64,000 bases of DNA from Clostridiales bacterium. GTDB lineage: Bacteria; Bacillota; Clostridia; Oscillospirales; CAG-272. Shown piece after piece: positions 38,424-49,429 of the stretch. The stretch's first letter is position 1. Every line of letters begins with the position of its first letter. The notes under the pieces were generated by a model. It made no database searches and was not told where the DNA came from. It worked only from the letters and a program-made list of their open reading frames with translations. The stretch spans positions 21,067 through 85,066 of the forward strand of contig DURE01000022.1 in assembly GCA_012837425.1 (NCBI GenBank), in the 5' to 3' direction. The translations under genes were made by a program, and so were the position numbers.

Positions 38424-38876
38424 CTAAGAATACATATTGTTGGTCTGCATATAGTCGTATATCAACTTGCCGTGGGTCTGCTCTTCCTTTTGGATATGGT
38501 TGAGCACATTTCGGACATTCTGGTCCCGAAATTCAAATATGCAGGTGTCATACATGTGCGAGACATGCTTTTCCATCGACAACAGGTCGGTGCAGATATA
38601 GCTGTCGTTCTTTTTCTTTTCATCCTCGGTGGTGCCGTAGACCGCTTTGAAGGTGGGCTGCTGCTGGCTGTCCTGGCCGGGCTGCGGGACGGTGCCGCCC
38701 TCAATCTGGGTTATCGTATCATAATGGCCCCGTTCAACCTTGGCTATCCCGCCAAGCAGGTCCCTGAGCTGCGGGTCGGCCGCCGCCTGGGCATGCCTGG
38801 TGTATTTGTCGGCGCAGAGCTTTTCCTGGCCCTTTAGGTCCTTGAGTAGTTCGGTTTCTTTTTGGGAAAACTGCAT
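38424..38876 (-). CDS. spore coat protein, CotF-like
   Basis: 150 aa with two Coat_F-like helical repeats (ETELLKDLKGQEKLCADKYTRHAQ... and CTDLLSMEKHVSHMYDTCIFE...). Confidence 0.65.
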   Translation of the reverse strand: MQFSQKETELLKDLKGQEKLCADKYTRHAQAAADPQLRDLLGGIAKVERGHYDTITQIEGGTVPQPGQDSQQQPTFKAVYGTTEDEKKKNDSYICTDLLSMEKHVSHMYDTCIFEFRDQNVRNVLNHIQKEEQTHGKLIYDYMQTNNMYS

Positions 38877-39128
38877 TTATTTATCCTTTCCGCCGCATGA
38901 GGCGGCATTTAGTTTTACGTGTTTTATTATACTCCGATATGTAAAAATTATTCTATGCGAATGCGGCGTGACTTTGTCGAAAAAATAACAATAAAAAGCC
39001 GTGTCGGACGGCAAATTTTTAGCGAGTTACGACATTGAAGTTTGCACCGGTATGTGATACAATGACAGCGGAAAGCCAACACCCGACAGGACAACCAAAA
39101 AGGCTTTTTGAAAAGAGGAATTTGCAAA

Positions 39129-39863
39129 ATGTACGAACTGATGCTTGATACCGCAAATCTGAGTGACATAAGGGAAGGCATTGCCGCCTGGCCTATCTCG
39201 GGAGTGACCACCAACCCCAGCATTCTCAGGAAAGAGGGGGATATTGATGTATACTCGCGACTGGCTGAAATAAAAAAGCTGTGCGGGAGCCAGCGCAGCC
39301 TTCATGTTCAGACCGTTTCAACCACTACCCGGGAAATTATTGAGGAGGCGCGTTTTATTCTCGACAGACTCGGGTGTGATGTGTATGTTAAAATTCCGGT
39401 CAGTGCCGCCGGGCTCCCCGCTATAAAAACCCTTGTGAGCGAGGGCGTGAAGGTTACCGCCACCGCGATATACACCACTATGCAGGGCATACTTGCCGGG
39501 CTTGCCGGCGCCGACTATATAGCTATTTACCTCAACCGCATGGAGAACAACTGCATCGACCCGTTTGTTGTCATCAGCGAGATACGCAGCTTTCTTGACG
39601 GTATGAACAGCCGGTCAAAGATTCTGGCGGCAAGCTTCAGAAACATATCCCAGGTCACTAGCGCCTTTGCAAGTGGCGCCAAAGGGGCGACGGTCGGGGC
39701 GGAGATTATTAGGGCCGCGCTCGGAATGCCGAGCATCAACGCCGCAATCGAGGCCTTCATGGAGGATTTCGAGGCAATCCACGGCGCAGGCCAGACTATG
39801 ATGACAATAACAAAAATGAAAAAAGCGGCTGTCAATTCAGCCGCTTTTCTAAGGCTCAAATAG
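39129..39863 (+). CDS. transaldolase / fructose-6-phosphate aldolase family protein (TalC/MipB-type)
   Basis: 244 aa from ATG 39129. Contains LDTANLSDIRE, GVTTNPSIL and the Schiff-base Lys context VYVKIPV. The C-terminal roughly 25 aa run through a terminator hairpin. Confidence 0.85.
   Translation: MYELMLDTANLSDIREGIAAWPISGVTTNPSILRKEGDIDVYSRLAEIKKLCGSQRSLHVQTVSTTTREIIEEARFILDRLGCDVYVKIPVSAAGLPAIKTLVSEGVKVTATAIYTTMQGILAGLAGADYIAIYLNRMENNCIDPFVVISEIRSFLDGMNSRSKILAASFRNISQVTSAFASGAKGATVGAEIIRAALGMPSINAAIEAFMEDFEAIHGAGQTMMTITKMKKAAVNSAAFLRLK
39818..39850. terminator. bidirectional terminator embedded in the 3' end of the transaldolase-family CDS
   Basis: GCGGCTG (39825-39831) pairs with CAGCCGC (39838-39844), with an A-run on the left and a T-run on the right. 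The convergent spoVAC stop lies only 5 nt beyond the transaldolase stop. Confidence 0.65.
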
Positions 39864-39868
39864 GGCAA

Positions 39869-40315
39869 TCAGAACAGACCGACAATCCAGTATATGACCC
39901 CGTAAATAGCTCCGGCCAGCGAGCCGTAGAGCAGCACCGGGCCGGCTACCGTGAAGATTTTCGCGCCGACGCCGATCAGCGGACCCTCGGTGAAGCTGTC
40001 TATCGCGGGGGATACCACGGCGTTGGCAAAGCCGGTTATAGGCACAAGCGTCCCGGCGCCGCCGAATTTTGCTATCTTGTCAAATATGCCGAGCCCGGTC
40101 AGTATTACCGTGATGAAAATCAGGGTCACCGCGCTCAGCGTGCCGGCGTCCTCCCGCGACAGGCCGCACAGGCCCGAATAGGCCTGAATTAATGCCTCGC
40201 CGAAAAGACAGATAAGCCCGCCGACCAGAAAGGCGCGAACGCAGTTTTTTACGGTGGGCGATTTGGGCGCCCGCGCGTCGGCGTATTTTCTATAATTCTC
40301 CTTGCTGATATTCAT
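39869..40315 (-). CDS. spoVAC: stage V sporulation protein AC
   Basis: 148 aa from ATG 40315 (GGGGGGAG RBS). MNISKENYRKYADARAPKSPTVKNCVRAFLVGGLICLFGE and later TGFANAVVSPAIDS match the SpoVAC pattern. Confidence 0.88.
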   Translation of the reverse strand: MNISKENYRKYADARAPKSPTVKNCVRAFLVGGLICLFGEALIQAYSGLCGLSREDAGTLSAVTLIFITVILTGLGIFDKIAKFGGAGTLVPITGFANAVVSPAIDSFTEGPLIGVGAKIFTVAGPVLLYGSLAGAIYGVIYWIVGLF

Positions 40316-40412
40316 ATATGCGCTCCCCCCTTGCACCGTCCTGACGGTATAATTATCTCCCGTAGTTATAATATTATACATCTACAGATATACTTGCGCG
40401 GAGGACGCGCGC

Positions 40413-40463
40413 GGGGCGCCGCCCCGCACCCCGCTCAAGGTTTTTTTTGAAAAAGCCCCTTGA
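40413..40463. repeat. GC-rich intergenic repeat, copy B (core plus degenerate palindrome)
   Basis: GGGGCGCCGCCCCGCACCCCGCTCAAGG is followed by TTTTTTTTGAAAAAGCCCCTTGA. The 17-nt core differs from copy A at one position. Confidence 0.65.
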
Positions 40464-40524
40464 ATTGAAAGCTTAGTAAAACAAAAAACGCAGCGGTGTG
40501 TCGAGGTTGTCGCACCCTGCAAAT

Positions 40525-40570
40525 TAAGAAAACATTACAACGGCTGCGGGCTGAAACTTCAGCCCGCAGC
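40525..40570 (-). terminator. rho-independent terminator after mgtE
   Basis: GCTGCGGGCTG (40543-40553) pairs with CAGCCCGCAGC (40560-40570). A U-rich tail follows on the minus strand. Confidence 0.65.
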
Positions 40571-40577
40571 AAGTTTA

Positions 40578-41921
40578 CTATAATATCCCGAGCATTGCCG
40601 AAGCAATACCAAAATAAATCAGCAGCGCCAGCGTATCGACAATTGTGGTAATCAGCGGGCTGGCCATCACCGCCGGGTCAAGCCTTATCAGCTTTGCCAG
40701 AAGCGGCAGCACTGCCCCCACCAGCTTTGAGGTTATGACCACAAGCAGAATGGTCAGGCACACAATCAGGGCAATGTTGACCGGCGCCCGGTCAATAAAA
40801 AGCGCTTTTATGAAGGCGGCGGCAGAGAGCGTTGCGCCGCAGAGCAGGGAAACCCGGATTTCCTTCCATACGACCGGTATTAGGTTTTTGAATTCTATCT
40901 CGCCGAGCGATATGCTGCGTATTACTGTCACCGAGGCCTGCGAGCCGGCGTTGCCGCCGGTGTCCATGAGCATCGGGATAAAGGCGGCAAGAATGACATA
41001 CATCCCGAGTGCATTTTCATAATGAAGTATGATTCTGCCGGTGAAGGTTGCCGAGACCATCAGAAGCAGCAGCCAGGGTATTCGCTTTTTGAAAATTGAA
41101 AACACGCCGGCCTTCAGATACGGCTTGTCGGCCGGTGTTACGGCGGCCATCTTTGAGATGTCCTCGGTAGCCTCGTTTTCGAGCACGTCCATCGCGTCGT
41201 CAACCGTAACAATGCCGACCAGCCTCCCCTCGCTGTCGACCACCGGCAGGGCCAGAAGGTCGTATTTTGCTATGAGCATGGCGGCGCTCTCCCGGTCGTC
41301 GGTGGTCAGCACCGAGGCGGGGTTGGGGTCTATGAGAGTGCTGATTCCCACGTCCGGGTCGCCGAAGAGCAAGTCGCTGAGCTCCAGCGTGCCGATGAGT
41401 TTCCTGCCGCCATCTACGACATAGAGCGTGTAAACCGTCTCCTTGTCATAGCCGGTTTTGCGTATGTGGGCTATTGCCTCGTTGACCGTCATGTCTCCCC
41501 TCAGCGTCGCATACTCCGAGGTCATGATACTTCCGGCGCTGTCCTCGGGGTAGGCCAGGAATCTGTTGATTGTCGCCCGGGTCTCGGGCGAGACGCTTTG
41601 CAGCACCCGCTTTACCACATTGGCCGGCAATTCCTCAAGCATATCGACCACATCGTCGGTAAAAAGCTCCTCGGTTATCTGGGTAAGCTCGCTGTCGGTA
41701 AGCGCTGAGATTATCCGCTCCTTGTTGTCGTTGTCAAGCTCGGCGAAAATCTCGGCGGCCGTGTCCTTTTTGAGCATACGAAAGACCGCGGGCTGCTGCG
41801 GCAGCGGCAGTCCGGCAAGGAATTCGGCCGCGTCTCTGGGGTAGAGCTTGTCAAGCTCCCGCATGAAGGCCGTATATTTCTTTTCGTCGAGCAGCTGTCT
41901 TAAGGTCTCAAAGTTTTCCAT
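40578..41921 (-). CDS. mgtE: magnesium transporter MgtE
   Basis: 447 aa from ATG 41921 (AAAGGAG 7 nt upstream). N-domain, tandem CBS domains (IMTSEYATL..., LPVVDSEGRLVGIVTVDDAMDVL) and a C-terminal 5-TM MgtE domain with DTGGNAGSQ. Confidence 0.92.
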   Translation of the reverse strand: MENFETLRQLLDEKKYTAFMRELDKLYPRDAAEFLAGLPLPQQPAVFRMLKKDTAAEIFAELDNDNKERIISALTDSELTQITEELFTDDVVDMLEELPANVVKRVLQSVSPETRATINRFLAYPEDSAGSIMTSEYATLRGDMTVNEAIAHIRKTGYDKETVYTLYVVDGGRKLIGTLELSDLLFGDPDVGISTLIDPNPASVLTTDDRESAAMLIAKYDLLALPVVDSEGRLVGIVTVDDAMDVLENEATEDISKMAAVTPADKPYLKAGVFSIFKKRIPWLLLLMVSATFTGRIILHYENALGMYVILAAFIPMLMDTGGNAGSQASVTVIRSISLGEIEFKNLIPVVWKEIRVSLLCGATLSAAAFIKALFIDRAPVNIALIVCLTILLVVITSKLVGAVLPLLAKLIRLDPAVMASPLITTIVDTLALLIYFGIASAMLGIL

Positions 41922-42085
41922 GAAGGCGCTCCTTTCGGTAGTTGGGGCTGGCGCCGGCTGCAAAAATGCCGCAGGCGGTCTGTTCCGGTGGCTCTTTGCG
42001 ACCGGTATTCGCGTACCGACAATCTTATTATATCAGATATTTAAGTGCACTAAAAATCTTTTCTGAAAAAAGCCGGATACCCCGG

Positions 42086-42118
42086 ACATAAAAACGCCCC
42101 CGGCGCGGCCGGGAGCGT
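42086..42118 (-). terminator. rho-independent terminator after groEL
   Basis: On the minus strand, AACGCTCCCGG...CCGGGGGCGTT is followed by TTTTAT. Confidence 0.75.
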
Positions 42119-42139
42119 TTTATGCGACTTTTCGCAGCA

Positions 42140-43780
<1,641 letters not shown>

Positions 43781-43791
43781 TCAATAATGAA

Positions 43792-44079
43792 TCAATATTC
43801 AACAATAGCCAGAATGTCGCTCTGACGCACGATGTTGTACTCGACTCCGTCGCATTTGACCTCGGTTCCGGCATATCTGGAAGTGATAACCTTGTCGCCT
43901 GCCTTTACGGTCATCTTGACCTCTTTTCCGTCGACCAAACCGCCCGGACCTACTGCAACGACCTCGGCGACCTGCGGTTTTTCCTGTGCCGCCGCGGTAA
44001 GAATAATTCCGGCTTTTGTTTTTTCTTCTGCCTCGACGAGTTTGACTACAACTCTGTCGGCAAGTGGGATAAGTTTCAT
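43792..44079 (-). CDS. groS: co-chaperonin GroES
   Basis: 95 aa: MKLIPLADRVVVK...GIILT...AEVVAVGPG. Confidence 0.97.
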   Translation of the reverse strand: MKLIPLADRVVVKLVEAEEKTKAGIILTAAAQEKPQVAEVVAVGPGGLVDGKEVKMTVKAGDKVITSRYAGTEVKCDGVEYNIVRQSDILAIVEY

Positions 44080-44142
44080 TTTTGCTGTTCCTCCTGATAA
44101 TAATATTTTCCATTGTTATTAAGGATACAATAGTGAAGCATG

Positions 44143-44169
44143 TTGGCACTCCAAACACCGGAGTGCTAA
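44143..44169. promoter_or_regulatory. CIRCE operator (HrcA binding site) upstream of groES
   Basis: TTGGCACTC-N9-GAGTGCTAA, with one mismatch to the consensus TTAGCACTC-N9-GAGTGCTAA. It lies between the putative promoter and groES. Confidence 0.9.
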
Positions 44170-44181
44170 TTAACTGTGATT

Positions 44182-44210
44182 ATTTTAATACTAAAGCCCG
44201 AAAAAATCAA
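44182..44210 (-). promoter_or_regulatory. putative sigma-A promoter of groESL
   Basis: On the minus strand, TTGATT (44210-44205), 17-nt spacer, TAAAAT (44187-44182), immediately upstream of CIRCE. Confidence 0.55.
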
Positions 44211-44477
44211 TACCATAACGCTAATGTTCACAAAATATTAACAATTTTTAATGTTAGCCTTCAGGTCTGCTAAGCTTCAACCTGCAAAGTAATATCAGGC
44301 CGGGCTGCGGCATAAGAATTTGACAGGTGAGAGATTCGGAAATATCTAAAGTCTCACACCGCGCCGGCATGTTCCGGCCGCCCCAAAACGAAAAAATCGG
44401 CGACACACAAGGCTTCCGGATATTAATGAGTGGCAAGCGGCTGTTTTTTACATTGTTTCCAGTCCTGGAGGAAATTT

Positions 44478-45881
44478 GTGCTTGAGTTTTTTAACAGATA
44501 CATATTCGGAGTCATAGTGCCGCTCGGCCTCATGGCCGCGGGGGTGTTCTACGCATGGCGCCTGAGGGGGCTATACCTGCGGCACCCCGGGGTGATAATC
44601 CGCGGGATGCTCGGCCGGGGCGGAGGGGTAGGCATGCCGCCGGGGCGCGCCTTGTCGCTGGCACTGGCCGGAACGCTGGGGGTGGGAAACATCGTCGGCG
44701 TCGCCTCGGCTATTTACCTCGGCGGGTTCGGCGCGGTGTTCTGGATGTGGGTAAGCGCGCTGGCGGCGATGCTCCTCAAATACGCCGAGACCGTGATTGC
44801 CCTGAACCACCGGCGGCTCGGGGGTGACGGGCTGTACCACGGCGGCCCGATGTTTTATATCAGGGATTTTTTCGACTCGCGCGGCCTTGGCTTTGCCGGG
44901 CGGCTTTTGGCAGTGGTGTTTGCATTGCTTTGTATAATCGACTCGATGGCGATGGGCTGCGTTATTCAGGTCAATGCGGTGACAAGCGCATTTTATGGCG
45001 TCATGGGGCTTGACACGGCGCTCTGCGGCGGTGTTTTTACATTTCTTGCGGTGGCCGTGATTGTCACCGGAGCGCGGGGCATCTCGGAGCTTACCGAGCA
45101 GCTGGTACCCCTTATGACAATAATTTATATAGTGCTCTCGCTGGCGGTCATGCTGGCGCGGCCGGGCGAGGTATTTCGGGCCTTAGGAAAAATATTTGCC
45201 GGCGCGCTTGCTCCTGCAAGCGCCGGCGGGGGTGCTGTGGGGTATGTGATTTCGCGCGGGGTAAGGTTCGGGGTGATGCGCGGGCTGATGTCAAACGAGG
45301 CAGGCTGCGGCACTGCGCCGATAGCTCACGCCGGCTCGAGCGCGCGCTATCCCTCCGAGCAGGGGTTCTGGGGGATTTTTGAGGTCTTTGTGGACACAAT
45401 ACTGCTCTGCAGCATGACTGCAATAGTCGTGATTATCGGGTACGACAAGGCCGCGGTGTTCGCCGAGGACTCGATGATGATGACCCTGACGGCCTATTCG
45501 TCGGTGCTCGGCGGCTGGTCGGAATATTGCATGTGCGCGATGGTGCTTTTTTTCGGGTTTGCCACCGTCATTTGCTGGGCGCATTACGGGATGGAGTGCG
45601 TAAGATACTTATCCGGGAGGAAAGTGTGGATATATCTTTTTATCGCCGCCTACGGTCTGGCTATGCTCTGGGGTGCGGTCAGTGAGCCGGGCGGGATATG
45701 GGGGGCCGCCGACCTTGCGCTCGGTGCGATGACCCTGCTCAATCTTTGCGTTATCTGCCCGATGAGCCGGGAGGTGATGAGGCTTACCGAGGATTATATC
45801 AGAATGAGCCTTGACAGGCAAAGCCAAAGGAAGGCTGCAGGAATGGCTCACAGAGGCAGGCATAATAATTCTCCGCCCTAA
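44478..45881 (+). CDS. sodium:alanine (alanine/glycine:cation) symporter family protein
   Basis: Start chosen at GTG 44478 (GGAGG 6 nt upstream). Polytopic protein with AGCS-family blocks (LAGTLGVGNIVGVA, GAVFWMW, MSNEAGCGTAP). Confidence 0.85.
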   Translation: MLEFFNRYIFGVIVPLGLMAAGVFYAWRLRGLYLRHPGVIIRGMLGRGGGVGMPPGRALSLALAGTLGVGNIVGVASAIYLGGFGAVFWMWVSALAAMLLKYAETVIALNHRRLGGDGLYHGGPMFYIRDFFDSRGLGFAGRLLAVVFALLCIIDSMAMGCVIQVNAVTSAFYGVMGLDTALCGGVFTFLAVAVIVTGARGISELTEQLVPLMTIIYIVLSLAVMLARPGEVFRALGKIFAGALAPASAGGGAVGYVISRGVRFGVMRGLMSNEAGCGTAPIAHAGSSARYPSEQGFWGIFEVFVDTILLCSMTAIVVIIGYDKAAVFAEDSMMMTLTAYSSVLGGWSEYCMCAMVLFFGFATVICWAHYGMECVRYLSGRKVWIYLFIAAYGLAMLWGAVSEPGGIWGAADLALGAMTLLNLCVICPMSREVMRLTEDYIRMSLDRQSQRKAAGMAHRGRHNNSPP

Positions 45882-45923
45882 CGGGGAATAGGAAACAGAA
45901 TTGTTTTGGTCGACATTCCCGAA

Positions 45924-47138
45924 TTATAAAATTCTGAACCGTTTTATAAACGGCAGACCGCAGGCCGCCGCCCTTGCATCGGCCTCTTTTTCGGTCAGAG
46001 TCTCAGAGACAAAGGCCATTCTGCCATTGTCGCGCACCACATCCCCGAGGTTGCCGAAGCACTCCTCGAGCTTGTCGACACCGCCCGGGGTGTCGGCAAA
46101 GATAAAGCAGGAGCGGCAGGAGCATCCGCCGAAGTCGGCGATGTCGCAGGCCTCGGCGGGGTCCCAGTGAAGCTTTCTTGCCGGCGCGCCGATATTGAAT
46201 GCAATATCTGCGATGTCGGCGACCACCGCGCTGGCGGTGGGCAGCCGCCCGGCGCCCGGGCCGTAGAACATGACCCGGCCTATCAAATCGCCCTCTACCA
46301 AAATGCCGTTGAAAACGTCACTCACGCCAAAGAGCGGATTGCCCTCCTCGACAAAATGCGGGGCGACCATTGCAAATACCCGGCCGTTCACAAGCTCGGT
46401 GTGGGCCACAAGCTTAATGGCGCAGCCGAAGGCGGCGGCAACTCTGATGTCGTCCTGCGTGATGCCGGCAATGCCCTCGGTGTGGATGACATCGGGGTCG
46501 ACCAGCTTTCCGAAGGCCAGCGCCGCAAGTATGACAATCTTGCGGGCGGCGTCGGCGCCGCTTACGTCGCTTGCGGGGTTTGGTTCCGCATAGCCGAGTG
46601 CCTGTGCCTCGGCGAGCGCATCCCGATAGCTTGTTTTATCGCGCTCCATGCGGGTCAGGATATAGTTTGTGGTGCCGTTCAGGATGCCGCTGACCGAGAT
46701 TATTCCGTTGGCTGCCAGGTCGTTTATAAGCGGGCGGATAATAGGAATCCCGCCCCCGACGCTTCCCTCAAACAGGTATCGGACGCCCTTTTCGGCGGCG
46801 ATTTCAAGCAGCTCGGCGCCGAACTTCGCCACCACCTCCTTGTTCGGGGTTACGACATGCTTTCCCGCCATTAGCGCGGCCTTCGTGAACTCATACGCGG
46901 GGTGTAAGCCGCCGAGCATTTCAGCGACGATTTTTATTTGGGGGTCGTTCAGTATTATATCGAAGTCCCGAACTATGCGGTCGCGCCAGGGGCTGCTTGG
47001 AAAGTCGCGGCGGTCGAGTATATATTTGATGCTTATCGGGCAGCCGACATAGCGCTCAATCTGGGCTCCGTTCTCCGAGAGCACCTCGGCCGTGCCCGAG
47101 CCGATATTTCCGAATCCGAGCAGAGCAACACTTATCAT
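45924..47138 (-). CDS. hom: homoserine dehydrogenase with a C-terminal ACT domain
   Basis: 404 aa with N-terminal LLGFGNIGSG NAD binding, a central GILNGTTNYIL block and an ACT-like C-terminus. Confidence 0.9.
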   Translation of the reverse strand: MISVALLGFGNIGSGTAEVLSENGAQIERYVGCPISIKYILDRRDFPSSPWRDRIVRDFDIILNDPQIKIVAEMLGGLHPAYEFTKAALMAGKHVVTPNKEVVAKFGAELLEIAAEKGVRYLFEGSVGGGIPIIRPLINDLAANGIISVSGILNGTTNYILTRMERDKTSYRDALAEAQALGYAEPNPASDVSGADAARKIVILAALAFGKLVDPDVIHTEGIAGITQDDIRVAAAFGCAIKLVAHTELVNGRVFAMVAPHFVEEGNPLFGVSDVFNGILVEGDLIGRVMFYGPGAGRLPTASAVVADIADIAFNIGAPARKLHWDPAEACDIADFGGCSCRSCFIFADTPGGVDKLEECFGNLGDVVRDNGRMAFVSETLTEKEADARAAACGLPFIKRFRIL

Positions 47139-47294
47139 TTCGCATTACCGTCCTTGAGTAGAAAAGCTGAAAACATAGATGGAATGATTATAACACATTT
47201 TATTCCTCAGTGCAAACAAAAGTATTGAAATAATGCCAAAAACATGATAAAATAAGTCACAAAACAAGGGTTTTTCCGGCGAAAGGAGGTGCAA

Positions 47295-47843
47295 ATGAGC
47301 TCACCGATAGGCAGCAAGAACAACGTCAAGATTTTTGTGCTGTATCTTATGGAAAACATAGGATACCCGCTTGATTTTGTTACCATAAACGACATTGTCA
47401 TGCAGACCGATTATGTCCTGTATCTTGATTTTGCCGAAAGCTTTAACGAAATGCTCGACGCCGGGCTTATCGAGGAGCTGAAAAACCGGGTGGGCGACCC
47501 CGAGTATGCCGTGACCGAAAAGGGTAGGTGCGTCGCCCGCGAGCTGCAGAGCGACATTCTGCCCTCCATCCTTGACCAATCGCTTGCCTGTGCGCTGCGC
47601 TACATAGACTTCAGCCGCAGGGGCATAGAGGCAAACTGCACCATAGAGCCGCGCGAGGACGGCAGATATGACTTTTGCTGCTCATTTGAGGAAAAACGCA
47701 ACAAGATTTTCAGAATATCGCTTGTGGTCGATTCGCTCGAGCGCGCAAAAAGGATGAAGGACAACTTCATAAACCGCCCTGAGGTCATCTACCGCGGAGT
47801 GTTCGCTCTGCTTGCCGGGAATGTGAACTATCTTTTTAACTGA
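47295..47843 (+). CDS. hypothetical protein, DUF4364-like (putative winged-helix)
   Basis: 182 aa from ATG 47295 (AAAGGAGG 5-6 nt upstream). The N-terminal pattern KIFVLYLMENIGYPLDFVTINDIV recalls DUF4364 proteins of Clostridia. The family call is from memory only. Confidence 0.45.
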   Translation: MSSPIGSKNNVKIFVLYLMENIGYPLDFVTINDIVMQTDYVLYLDFAESFNEMLDAGLIEELKNRVGDPEYAVTEKGRCVARELQSDILPSILDQSLACALRYIDFSRRGIEANCTIEPREDGRYDFCCSFEEKRNKIFRISLVVDSLERAKRMKDNFINRPEVIYRGVFALLAGNVNYLFN

Positions 47844-48042
47844 AGAGCAATCAATACCTTCAATATTCGTGATTAATTGTGAACAAATTGTAAATTTTTT
47901 TGCATGCTGCCTTGGACTTATTAGGAAAAACCACATTTTTATTAGGCAGAATGTGCAATTTCCAAAGGTAAAAATTGTAACGATTATACATGAAAAATGC
48001 GAATGCGAGCGCAACACATGGAAAATAATACCAGCTCGGGTC

Positions 48043-48070
48043 TTGACATTATTATTTTTGGTGATATAAT
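48043..48070 (+). promoter_or_regulatory. sigma-A promoter with an extended -10 upstream of the sigma factor gene
   Basis: TTGACA (48043-48048), 16-nt spacer ending in TGa, TATAAT (48065-48070). Confidence 0.65.
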
Positions 48071-48133
48071 GAAAATGTCAAAAAGTAATGATGTGACAAG
48101 TATTTTTGCTGTTTTACAGGAAGCGGCTGTTGC

Positions 48134-48727
48134 ATGAGTCAAAAAAACAATCCGGACAAAACGGCGGTACTTGGGCTGATTGCCGAAGTAAAAAAGGGTG
48201 ACCAAGCCGCTTTTGACCGGCTGCTTGGGCTCTATGAGCCGATGATAAGGTCAACGGTGAGTCAGTTTGCCAAAGACAAGCATGACGCCGAAGACCTCCG
48301 TCAGGAAGCGCTGGCGGTGTTTTACCGGGCTATTCTGACATTTGACACAAAACAGCCGGGTGTGGAGTTCGGGCTCTATGCCAAGATATGTGTTACAAAC
48401 GCCCTTATAACACAGGCACGCGCGGCGCGGCGCCGGGCGGGAAACACCGTGGCCTCCCTTGAGTATAGCGATTATTTCAGATACCGGGCGGAGGACGATA
48501 ATCCGGCCGGTCTGATTATAGAGAGGGAAAACGAGAAGGCGCTGCGCAGGTTTATTGAAAAGAATCTTTCAAAATACGAAAACAGGGTGTTTACCTTGTA
48601 CATATCGGGTCTGACCTCGGCTGAAATATCCCAGAGGTTGTCGCGGCCTGAAAAATCGGTTGACAACGCATTATACCGCATTAAGCGGAAACTTCGCACT
48701 CTCCTGGAGAAAAACGGGCATATGTGA
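48134..48727 (+). CDS. sigma-70 family RNA polymerase sigma factor (SigH-like, regions 2 and 4)
   Basis: 197 aa with region 2 (FDRLLGLYEPMIRSTV...EDLRQEALAVFYRAILTFD) and region 4 HTH (LTSAEISQRLSRPEKSVDNALYRIKRKL). The middle FGLYAKICVTNALITQARAARR resembles the SigH pattern, but the genomic context is not that of canonical sigH. Confidence 0.8.
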   Translation: MSQKNNPDKTAVLGLIAEVKKGDQAAFDRLLGLYEPMIRSTVSQFAKDKHDAEDLRQEALAVFYRAILTFDTKQPGVEFGLYAKICVTNALITQARAARRRAGNTVASLEYSDYFRYRAEDDNPAGLIIERENEKALRRFIEKNLSKYENRVFTLYISGLTSAEISQRLSRPEKSVDNALYRIKRKLRTLLEKNGHM

Positions 48728-48959
48728 TTTGTGTGAACTATATTTTAATTATCTCGGTTAAAAACGGGCTCTTCCGTACCTGCTCAGGTGTCGGCCGGTG
48801 TGTCCTTTTGCGCCGATTTAATAAAAAACATCGCAGACATTTCGATTTTACAGTATATGCCCGGATAGCTTAAATAGAGCGTTGACAGGTTTCAAAGGTG
48901 TCGGTTTAAATCCGTCTCAGGGTAATCAATCCATATTTCAAAGCGAGGTTCAAAAGGCG

Positions 48960-49292
48960 ATGTTTGACGAAGAAGTAAATGTTGGGGCAACTGTTGAGCC
49001 CGAGTATGAGGACGAGACCCTTGTCTGCAAGGAATGCGGAAACGAGTTCGTGTTTACTGCCGGCGAGAAGCGCTTTTATGCTCAAAAAGGTTTTCAGAAC
49101 AAGCCGAAAAGCTGCAAGCCCTGCCGGGATGCAAAGAAAAACGCGGGCAGAGCCCCCCGTGAGTACTTTACAACCGTCTGTGCTGATTGCGGCGGTGAGG
49201 CCAAAGTGACATTCCAGCCTTCAAGCGACAGACCCGTATACTGCAGCGCCTGCTTTGAGGCAAGAAAAAAGGCACAGCAGGTAGTTCAGTAA
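48960..49292 (+). CDS. zinc-ribbon domain protein (two CxxC...CxxC units)
   Basis: 110 aa from ATG 48960, with CKECGNEFVFTAGEKRFY...CKPC and CADCGGEAKVTFQPSSDRPVYCSAC. Confidence 0.7.
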   Translation: MFDEEVNVGATVEPEYEDETLVCKECGNEFVFTAGEKRFYAQKGFQNKPKSCKPCRDAKKNAGRAPREYFTTVCADCGGEAKVTFQPSSDRPVYCSACFEARKKAQQVVQ

Positions 49293-49352
49293 TCCAAATC
49301 GGTATCATGGACGCGCGTGTCGCGTCTCGGTGATATAGATAGGTAGTCGGGA

Positions 49353-49393
49353 CCTACGGCCGCAGGTGCATGCACCTGCGGCTGTAGGTTTTT
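49353..49393 (+). terminator. rho-independent terminator after the zinc-ribbon gene
   Basis: CCTACGGCCGCAGGTGCA/TGCACCTGCGGCTGTAGG long hairpin followed by T5. A second small hairpin lies at 49399-49425. Confidence 0.8.
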
Positions 49394-49429
49394 ATATTCC
49401 GGCCTCAATTATGCCGGGCGTTTTTGTGC

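Noticed and set aside
41922-42085. The M-box (ykoK) Mg2+ riboswitch expected upstream of mgtE.
   Set aside because: I read the roughly 100-nt leader on the minus strand. It lacks the characteristic M-box conserved segments and is shorter than the roughly 160-nt aptamer. Only a promoter-like TATAAT and small hairpins are present.
44300-44477. A glycine riboswitch upstream of the alanine/glycine:cation symporter gene.
   Set aside because: GGTGAGAG...CTCACACCG superficially resembles GGAGAG...CACCGAAGG. However, the ACCGAAGGGGCAA core and the P3 and second-aptamer elements are absent. It more likely forms a plain long hairpin (44334-44364). A covariance-model scan would settle it.
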